DNA of 64,000 nucleotides from a virus (Duplodnaviria; Caudoviricetes): IMG/VR virus record IMGVR_UViG_3300018475_000011, positions 1 to 64,000 of that record; one strand, 5' to 3'. Shown piece by piece: positions 1 to 7,446 of this stretch (position 1 is its first letter; each line of letters starts with the position of its first letter). The notes under the pieces were generated by a model. It saw only the letters and a program-made list of their open reading frames with translations, ran no database searches and was not told where the DNA came from. The position numbers and the translations under genes were made by a program.

Positions 1-260
1 ATAATAAAATTCCAAAAGGTCATAATAAAATTCCATAAAGTTAAAAGGTTATAATAAAATTCCAAAAGGTTATAATAAAATTCCATAAAATAAGTGGAAA
101 AGAAAGAAAAAGGTTATAATTAAAAAAAACGCAAATATAACCAATGCAGTAAAAGGGTTATAATATTCTTCTTTTTCATCAAGAAAAAAATAATCAGCAA
201 AAAAATTATAACCTTTTCGAGTAAAGGGTTATAATTAAGGGTTGTAAAATATAACCTTCC
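1..260. repeat. Iteron array / probable replication origin
   Basis: ATAATAAAATTCCA at 1, 22, 51 and 72; further A(A/G)GGTTATAAT copies in both orientations up to ~258; directly upstream of the Rep gene. Confidence 0.75.
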
Positions 261-313
261 GTGGTATAATGATATTACACAACACAAATAAGCAAACAAA
301 CCATGGGGGAAAT

Positions 314-1498
314 ATGGAATACGAAAGAATTGATGAAATTGACGAAGTAGAAGAAGTAGAAGAAGCAGAAGAAGCAGAAGAAGTAGAAGAATTGTTTGGG
401 GAATCAGAAATACTTAGCCTTGAAGAAGTAGAAGGAAATAATTTGATTACTCAAAAGAGCGAACCGTTATATGTGGCATTAGCCAAATCTAATTTAGGGT
501 ATGAAGAGCTTTTACTTATTGATACATATTTGGGAAGAATAGATAGCCACAATCCTAAAGCAAGGGCGGTTAGATTTGGGAAGAAAACATTGGAAAGAAT
601 ATGGGGTAAGACTAAAATCAATAAATCAACCCTATTAAGTTGGATTCACAACGTAACCAATATACCTATTGATATCGCCTATAATAACGGAGATGATATT
701 GAAATTGAATCGTTCAAGCTGTTTGACTATTCTAAAATAAATGGAAAGATAACATCTTCTTTAATGACAAATGAAAGCCTTGAAATTGATATAAATAGCA
801 TCGTTTTAGAATGTGACCGTAGAGCTGTCAAATATATATTTAATATAGAAAGCATCGGCTATTTAAGGTATAGAGTTGAAACCGTGGCATTATTGGGCGG
901 GCGACAAGCATACGATATGTTTTCATATATTGAAAAAAATCGTTTTAGAAAAAAATGGGACGTAGATTTGGACGAATTAAAAAGAATATTAAAGTGCGAA
1001 AATATTGCAACATACGAAGAATATAAGTATTTTAATTCTTTAGTATTAAAGAGAATCCATAAAATTATATGTGAGCGGACAAAATGTAAATATACATATT
1101 CTCCGATTAGGCGGGGCGGTAAGGTAGCAAAAGTACATTTTGAAGTAGAAGAATTACCTTATGAAATTATGGATAAGGAAGTGCAAGATAAATTATACAA
1201 AGAAAAAATGGAAGAATTGAATTTGCCATTTTGGGCTACCGCTTTGTGTATTAATGATGTTTGCGAATTTACTCAAAGCCAATTAAGCGTAATACAAGAA
1301 GTAATGACAAATGTACCCGACTATTTGTTGTTTAAGAACAAAGAAGCATGGGGGGCAGAAGCGTGTAAGTATAATTATATTGCAGAAAAATACGCCATTC
1401 TTAATCAAGTAGATGAAAGTAAGCAGAAAAATGGGGAAAGAATAGAAAAAAGATTTGAATACTTGGTGCAGATGATAAGAAGAGATACGGAAGTATAA
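314..1498 (+). CDS. Plasmid replication initiator, Rep_3 (RepB-like winged helix)
   Basis: WDVDLDELKRIL...YEEYKYFNSLVLK...YSPIRRGGKVAKVHF fits the Rep_3 pattern; GGGGG RBS supports the ATG at 314 (track starts 269); acidic EEV/EEA N-terminus. Confidence 0.85.
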   Translation: MEYERIDEIDEVEEVEEAEEAEEVEELFGESEILSLEEVEGNNLITQKSEPLYVALAKSNLGYEELLLIDTYLGRIDSHNPKARAVRFGKKTLERIWGKTKINKSTLLSWIHNVTNIPIDIAYNNGDDIEIESFKLFDYSKINGKITSSLMTNESLEIDINSIVLECDRRAVKYIFNIESIGYLRYRVETVALLGGRQAYDMFSYIEKNRFRKKWDVDLDELKRILKCENIATYEEYKYFNSLVLKRIHKIICERTKCKYTYSPIRRGGKVAKVHFEVEELPYEIMDKEVQDKLYKEKMEELNLPFWATALCINDVCEFTQSQLSVIQEVMTNVPDYLLFKNKEAWGAEACKYNYIAEKYAILNQVDESKQKNGERIEKRFEYLVQMIRRDTEV

Positions 1499-1504
1499 AT
1501 AAAG

Positions 1505-1532
1505 AAGAGCGGGGTAAATTCCCGCTCTTTTA
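1505..1532. terminator. Bidirectional intrinsic terminator
   Basis: AAGAGCGGG-N7-CCCGCTCTT between convergent genes. Confidence 0.8.
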
Positions 1533-1814
1533 TTATTCATTTGCGTTATTATCAGATATGAGAGATAAAATACTTCCTTCTTTAAGAGAAGAAAGAAGCG
1601 TGTCAATGCTTATTCCCGCACTTTCAGCCAAAGAACCGATATCATTGAGCTTTTCTTGCTTTAACCGCTCCTTTAATTCGGCAAGATTTTTTTCTTCTGC
1701 CTTAATGGTGTCCTTTAATGATTTTAACTGTTCGCCCAATTCTGCAAGTTTGCTTTCGCTCGCCGTGATAAGATTAGCTGTTGTTTCGGGTGTTTTAGAT
1801 TTTTCTCTAGCCAT
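1533..1814 (-). CDS. Small coiled-coil protein
   Basis: AAGGAGA RBS, heptad pattern, 93 aa. Confidence 0.75.
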   Translation of the reverse strand: MAREKSKTPETTANLITASESKLAELGEQLKSLKDTIKAEEKNLAELKERLKQEKLNDIGSLAESAGISIDTLLSSLKEGSILSLISDNNANE

Positions 1815-1863
1815 TTCTATTCTCCTTTATAAATAATTATATATCATATTATAATACATATAT

Positions 1864-2142
1864 TTAACAATGTATATCCGCTAATTTATATTTGTCGATG
1901 CACGATACAATATATTCGTGTAACTCAAAGTCGGTTTTGTTAGATAAAAATTCGACAAACGGGATTAGTTTTTCTTTTAATAGCTCTCTTTCTATACTCC
2001 CCAAAGAAAACTGATTGCAAAATTCTTCAACACAATCAATGGAAAAAACAGCATTGGAAATGTATTCTATTGCATTACAAAACGATTTATCTTCTTTTTT
2101 TAGATTATCAACGCAATATTCATTAGGATTTTCAAAAAACAT
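1864..2142 (-). CDS. Hypothetical protein
   Basis: GGGAG RBS 8 nt before the ATG at 2142. Confidence 0.55.
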   Translation of the reverse strand: MFFENPNEYCVDNLKKEDKSFCNAIEYISNAVFSIDCVEEFCNQFSLGSIERELLKEKLIPFVEFLSNKTDFELHEYIVSCIDKYKLADIHC

Positions 2143-2288
2143 TAAAATCACTCCCTTCTTAATCCTTGCACTATAAATATAGATATTATTTTGTTTTTTT
2201 TATTTACCAAAAAGGTGTGTATAATAATATATATGATATATACTATAATATATATTAAAATATGTATTAAAAAAATAACGCTGTTGTA

Positions 2289-2317
2289 TTGACATTATTG
2301 TAGTAAAATGATACAAT
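2289..2317 (+). promoter_or_regulatory. SigA-type promoter
   Basis: TTGACA-17-TACAAT, flanked by TGTATT repeats. Confidence 0.7.
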
Positions 2318-2353
2318 AACATTGTATTAAAATAATGCAGAAAGGAGATGCAA

Positions 2354-2713
2354 ATGGAAGCGTTATCAAATTATATAGTTCACTTGGGAGCATTAAAGGG
2401 CGTTCAAGCAAGCTATACTCCTATCCTTATCGAAATGATGAAAAGGGCAACGGAAGATATCGACGGGGGCTTTATGATTTTTTTGAACAAGGTACTTAAA
2501 AAGGAGATTGGGGATAGTTGTAAGGTTTCACTCGGTCATGTAGACCACGCCATTACAGCGTTTGTAAAAGCCGAATATGTAGAAAGAGTAGGAACGGGGA
2601 CTTACTTACTCAACAAGGAATTGTTTGGCGAATATAGGAACATAAACAAAGATGATGAAATTATAGTTACCATTAACTACAACACAAACCAAATAAAGAT
2701 AAAGGAGAATTAA
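2354..2713 (+). CDS. Winged-helix protein, RepL-like
   Basis: KEIGDSCKVSLGHVDHAITAFVKAEYVERVGTGTYLLNKELF resembles the RepL HTH and wing; AGGAG RBS. Confidence 0.55.
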   Translation: MEALSNYIVHLGALKGVQASYTPILIEMMKRATEDIDGGFMIFLNKVLKKEIGDSCKVSLGHVDHAITAFVKAEYVERVGTGTYLLNKELFGEYRNINKDDEIIVTINYNTNQIKIKEN

Positions 2714-2716
2714 TGT

Positions 2717-2989
2717 ATGGCACGACCACGAATGAAGAGAATTTATTACACAACTAATTTTGAGAGTATTTCGGTAAATTTAACAGAAGAAGCTGTTGAA
2801 ATCATTAAAGAAGCAATGCAAAAAAAAGGATTGAAGCAATCGGACTTATGGAAAAATTGCGAATTGGGATTTACTAAAGGAACTGTAAGCAAGATGATGA
2901 GCGGAAAGAGAAACGTGAGATTGCATTTATTACAAAGGCTTGTTGCGTATCTTGAAATCAACGCATTGATTAGACCATTGGGGGAATGA
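2717..2989 (+). CDS. XRE-family HTH regulator
   Basis: AMQKKGLKQSDL...TKGTVSKMMSGKR HTH pattern. Confidence 0.7.
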   Translation: MARPRMKRIYYTTNFESISVNLTEEAVEIIKEAMQKKGLKQSDLWKNCELGFTKGTVSKMMSGKRNVRLHLLQRLVAYLEINALIRPLGE

Positions 2990-2990
2990 A

Positions 2991-3221
2991 ATGATTAATA
3001 TATTTCGCAAGGGTTCGGCAAGTATTATAGTTATAGAGAATCCCACTAAGGAAGAGTATGAGATTATAGAAAAAGCCGAAGCTATCAAAAGTGAGATAGA
3101 AAAAAAGAAAATATCTTTTTCTAAATTTAAGTGCAATCAACAACCGAAGCAAATAACACTTGACGAATACGATGCGGGAGAGTTTGTTTTTGCGGGCGAC
3201 ATAAAAACACCATTTGATTAG
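2991..3221 (+). CDS. Hypothetical protein
   Basis: Tightly coupled ORF within the operon. Confidence 0.6.
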   Translation: MINIFRKGSASIIVIENPTKEEYEIIEKAEAIKSEIEKKKISFSKFKCNQQPKQITLDEYDAGEFVFAGDIKTPFD

Positions 3222-3233
3222 GAGCGTGGCGAC

Positions 3234-3599
3234 ATGAAAACACCATTTAAGAAATTTATGATTAGATGCGTATTGTATATAATATGCGGATTATTGACTA
3301 TTATGTTGTTTATAGGACAAGGGCAACCGTTATGGATTTTCTTTTCTATTATATTTTTCACTATGGCGTATACCAATTATAGATTTGCAATAAAACATAA
3401 GGACGATATAAGCGTAGTTGATGTTGCATTGGAAAAATACAAGGAAGTCAAAGAACAAAATCAAAAAGAAGTGCCACATAAAATGTCAAAGAAAGAAAAG
3501 AAAAGGGCATATAAGGAAAGGCTTAAATCAATAGAAGCCGAATTTGAATTTGAATACGACGACGATGATGAATATTGCGAAGAAGATGATGATGAATGA
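3234..3599 (+). CDS. Membrane protein with acidic tail
   Basis: Two hydrophobic segments; GGAG RBS. Confidence 0.65.
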   Translation: MKTPFKKFMIRCVLYIICGLLTIMLFIGQGQPLWIFFSIIFFTMAYTNYRFAIKHKDDISVVDVALEKYKEVKEQNQKEVPHKMSKKEKKRAYKERLKSIEAEFEFEYDDDDEYCEEDDDE

Positions 3600-3772
3600 C
3601 AACGCTCAAATTTTCGATTTAAGACGATTTAAGGGCGTAGGTAGGGAAAATATCGTAAATTAAATTAAAATGGCTAGAATGTGGCAAGAATTAGCAAAAA
3701 AAACTATATGCGTGGCGGTCAATAACCGCATATTGAGAAAAAGAATGGAAAAATGCAAATTAGGGGGTTAAA

Positions 3773-5923
3773 ATGGGTGTAAAAATAATTATTACAGAAA
3801 AACCGTCGGTGGCACAAGAATACAAAAACGTATTAAAAGTTGTTCAAAGCGGAAAGACCGACGGATATATTGAAGGGAAGTCGTCTGTGTTGGGCGATGT
3901 ATGTATTACTTGGGCGGTAGGACATTTAATAAAGATATCCGAACCCAAAAAGCATAATCCCGAATGGGAAAAATGGAACAAGGCAAACCTTCCAATGATT
4001 CCACAAAAGGTTTTATATGAACCGCAAGCAAGTACACGAAAGCAATTTGAAATCGTAAAGAAGCTGTATTTGAGAAACGATATTGATTGTATATACTATG
4101 CGGGAGATAGTGGAAGAGAAGGAATATATATTCAAGCATTAATCCGAAATCAGATATTTAAGAAACCGCCTAAGTTTGAAGAAAAGGTGGTATGGATTGA
4201 CAGCTATACCGAAGATAGCATCTTAAAGGGAATTAAATATGCGAAGCCTTATGAACATTATCAAGCGATGATTGATAGTGGTTATATGAGAGCGTTTACC
4301 GATTGGCTGATAGGAATGAATTTTACAGAAGCATTTACTCTTACATCGGGTGGATATGGAAACACAATTAATGTAGGAAGAGTAATGACACCAACACTTG
4401 CTATGGTTGTTCAGCGACAAGAAGAGATAGACAACTTTACTAAAACATATTATTACGGAGTAAAGGCAGACAATATCGCCGTGTGGAAAGCCGTAAACGG
4501 AAGTCGTTTTTATCAGAGTGATTTATTATATAATGAGAACGGATTTATCAAAAAAACAGATGCCATTAAATTAATTGATGAATTAAGTAAGTCAAGAGAA
4601 TTGACCGTTGAAAATGTAAAGGTTACGAAGAAAACGGAATATGCTCCATATCTATTTAATCTTGCAGATTTGCAAGCGTACTGTTCAAAGAACCATAAGA
4701 TAAGTCCGTCCCAAACATTAAGCGTTGCACAATCATTATATGAAAAGAAATATACGACTTATCCTAGAACGGACGCAAGATTTCTTTCTTCTGCCGTGGC
4801 AAAAGAATTGAAAGCGAAGGGGTATGATATTCCTAATAGATATGTAGATGATTCAAAAATTACAGACCATTATGCAATCATTCCTACGCTTCACGGCGAC
4901 GCAAGCAAGCTGACGGGATTAGAGCTTTCTGTTTACAATGCAATCCTTAAAAGATTTAACAATACCATGATGCCACCTTACATATATGATTCAGTAGCAA
5001 TAACATACATTCATGGTAACAAAGAGCGTTTCTTTGAAAAATTCATTATTGTAAAACAATACGGATATCGTGCAAATGGCGACAATGATGATAATAAGGA
5101 AACGGACGAAATTAAGGATAAGCCTATTCCAAATGTAAACGATGTAATTAAGATTGATAGCTTTAATTTAGTAGAATCCGAAACGAAGCCCCCGACACAA
5201 TATACGACGGGTTCGTTGATATTAGCAATGGAAAAGGCGGGGCGTTTGATTGAAGATGAAGAATTGCGTGAACAGATTAAAACGTGCGGTATTGGAACAT
5301 CTGCGACAAGAGCAAATATCATTGAAAAGCTGAAAGAAAAGAATTTCATTCTTATAGATAACAAGACGCAAAAGGTATCTCCGACACCTTTGGGAAAATC
5401 TACCATTGCTATTATTTCACAATATGACGATTCGTTAATATCTCCGATAAAAACGGCTGATATGGAAAATGATTTATCGGCTATTGTAAGCGAAGATTTA
5501 ACAAAGCAAGACTATCTCGATAAAGTGATAGATTATGTTACCGCTCTCACAAAAAAAGTGTTGAGCGAAAACAAAGTCAAGGCAACAACCGAAGTAAATA
5601 AAACCGAACCTAAAGCCATAAAAGGAACAAAAAAAGAAGATGCTCCAAAAGGCAATAAGGTTGAAAACGAACAAAACTTTTCATGTCCTTGTTGTTCAAA
5701 TAATTTGAAACATGGCAGATTTGGTTGGTATTGCGAATGTGGCTTTTCGTTCAGCAATGAGATATGCGGTCACACGACAACGACAAGCGAATTATGCGAT
5801 TTGATTGTCAATGGAAAAACAAAGACAATTCGCTTTAAGAGCAAAAACGGAAAGGCGTTTAGTGCGAAGTTAAAGCTCAATAAAGAAACCAAAAAAACAG
5901 AGTTTTTATTCCCTAAAAGTTAA
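3773..5923 (+). CDS. topB: Type IA DNA topoisomerase (Topo III-like)
   Basis: ITEKPSVA TOPRIM, AGDSGREG, GRVMTPTL, TTYPRTD (catalytic Tyr), GIGTSATRA, C-terminal Zn ribbon. Confidence 0.95.
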   Translation: MGVKIIITEKPSVAQEYKNVLKVVQSGKTDGYIEGKSSVLGDVCITWAVGHLIKISEPKKHNPEWEKWNKANLPMIPQKVLYEPQASTRKQFEIVKKLYLRNDIDCIYYAGDSGREGIYIQALIRNQIFKKPPKFEEKVVWIDSYTEDSILKGIKYAKPYEHYQAMIDSGYMRAFTDWLIGMNFTEAFTLTSGGYGNTINVGRVMTPTLAMVVQRQEEIDNFTKTYYYGVKADNIAVWKAVNGSRFYQSDLLYNENGFIKKTDAIKLIDELSKSRELTVENVKVTKKTEYAPYLFNLADLQAYCSKNHKISPSQTLSVAQSLYEKKYTTYPRTDARFLSSAVAKELKAKGYDIPNRYVDDSKITDHYAIIPTLHGDASKLTGLELSVYNAILKRFNNTMMPPYIYDSVAITYIHGNKERFFEKFIIVKQYGYRANGDNDDNKETDEIKDKPIPNVNDVIKIDSFNLVESETKPPTQYTTGSLILAMEKAGRLIEDEELREQIKTCGIGTSATRANIIEKLKEKNFILIDNKTQKVSPTPLGKSTIAIISQYDDSLISPIKTADMENDLSAIVSEDLTKQDYLDKVIDYVTALTKKVLSENKVKATTEVNKTEPKAIKGTKKEDAPKGNKVENEQNFSCPCCSNNLKHGRFGWYCECGFSFSNEICGHTTTTSELCDLIVNGKTKTIRFKSKNGKAFSAKLKLNKETKKTEFLFPKS

Positions 5924-5930
5924 TAGAAAT

Positions 5931-5951
5931 ATATCTTGATAGGGGATTAAG
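5931..5951. repeat. 21-bp dispersed repeat, copy 1
   Basis: ATATCTTGATAGGGGATTAAG, identical to 38223-38243. Confidence 0.8.
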
Positions 5952-5967
5952 GGATAATGATTAAAAA

Positions 5968-6008
5968 AATACAAAGAAACGGGTAATAAAATGCTCGTTT
6001 CTTGTATT
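5968..6008 (+). terminator. Hairpin after topB
   Basis: AATACAAAGAAACGGG / CTCGTTTCTTGTATT imperfect stem. Confidence 0.55.
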
Positions 6009-6094
6009 GAAATATAATAAAAACCAATAACATATCTATTATCATGTTAAAAGGGCAAATGATTAAATGATTAAAATTAAAGAAGGGAGAGTAT

Positions 6095-7444
6095 ATGGCA
6101 GAATTTTCTAAATATAAAGCCTTCGCCATTGGAAGATTGTTTCAACATAATAATAGAACGGCTGACGACGGAGTTACCCATTCCAATAAGGAAATTGATA
6201 ATGAAAGAACTTATTTGAATTATCATTTGAAGAAGGGAAATCCCGATGATGTTACAAATCGCTTGCAAGAAGTATTCCATATAAAAAGAAAAGACTTGAT
6301 TGCATTGGCAGAGATGATTGTCACATTGCCTAGAGATGTTAAGTACGGAGATGAAAGAGCGTTTTTTAATTCTGTGTATGATTTCTATTGCAATGATTTG
6401 GGAGAACAAAACATTATGAACGCCGTCGTTCATAACGACGAAACAAGACCACATATACATATTGATTTTGTTCCCGTAATTAAGCAAAAAGTTGACCGTA
6501 ATGATTTGAATAATGTTTCTAATCATGGTGGCACATTTAAGAAAATGCTTCGTGATTGGTGTAACGAACATGAAGGCGATGAAGTAGAAATTGTGTGTTG
6601 TCAAAAGAAAATCAATCGTGCATATTTGCAGACAATGCACCCTAGATTATCAACATGGGTTGAAAGGGAATTGGGTTATGAAACCGAAATATTAAACGGT
6701 GTTACAGATAACCATAATAAGTCGATTTTGGAATTAAAGGTAGGAACATTAAAAGAGAATGTTGCTCGTTTGGAAGCAAGGAATGAAGCGTTAAAAAAAG
6801 AGTTTCAAGCGTTTACATCATTTGTAAAAAGATGTGGATTTACAGAGCAAGATATTGGATTATTACCTATGATGCAAAGGGTTGAAGATTTGGAAAATCA
6901 AAATCAAGTGTATCGTGAAATTATATCAAGACATCGGTACGCATTTACAAAAGATGATTTAATGCGAATGAAAGAAAAACGCTATACGGCAACCGTAGGA
7001 GCAACGGTAAGTGTATTTAGCGGAGCTATGGATATGGATAATGTTGAAGATAACGCTATCGTTTTAATTGAGCTTCCATATCAAGTTAAGAGAGAATCCC
7101 CGCAACAGAGAATTATTAATGAAGATGATGATTTGTTGCGTCAATCAAAACTTGTGCAAGCTAATCCTAATAAGGTTATGATGCGTCCTTCAAGAATATC
7201 AGATAGAATGTATTTGTTTATAAAAACAGATAATGCTAATCAGACCATAGCGTGTCTATTGGAGCTTGAAAAGCATTTGAAGGAGATTGACCTTCGTGGG
7301 CGTAAAATGCACATGGAGAAAATCGAAACGGACGAATATAATTTCGCAAAGAATGTTATGGAAAAATTAGATATTCCTACAAATTATTATATGAAACATT
7401 CCGATAATAGTAGCAAGGAAAAAGAAATGACAAAGGAGATTTAA
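6095..7444 (+). CDS. mobV: MOBV (Mob/Pre) relaxase
   Basis: HNNR...HSNKEIDNERTYLNY, EMIVTLP, and NAVVHNDETRPHIHIDFVP (motif III). Confidence 0.9.
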   Translation: MAEFSKYKAFAIGRLFQHNNRTADDGVTHSNKEIDNERTYLNYHLKKGNPDDVTNRLQEVFHIKRKDLIALAEMIVTLPRDVKYGDERAFFNSVYDFYCNDLGEQNIMNAVVHNDETRPHIHIDFVPVIKQKVDRNDLNNVSNHGGTFKKMLRDWCNEHEGDEVEIVCCQKKINRAYLQTMHPRLSTWVERELGYETEILNGVTDNHNKSILELKVGTLKENVARLEARNEALKKEFQAFTSFVKRCGFTEQDIGLLPMMQRVEDLENQNQVYREIISRHRYAFTKDDLMRMKEKRYTATVGATVSVFSGAMDMDNVEDNAIVLIELPYQVKRESPQQRIINEDDDLLRQSKLVQANPNKVMMRPSRISDRMYLFIKTDNANQTIACLLELEKHLKEIDLRGRKMHMEKIETDEYNFAKNVMEKLDIPTNYYMKHSDNSSKEKEMTKEI

Positions 7445-7446
7445 GA

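Noticed and set aside
343-390. Acidic EEV/EEA repeat in Rep as a separate element
   Set aside because: Ordinary low-complexity N-terminus.
5924-6094. MOBV oriT upstream of mobV
   Set aside because: No AGTGTG/TTA-type nick core found; the hairpin there looks like a terminator.
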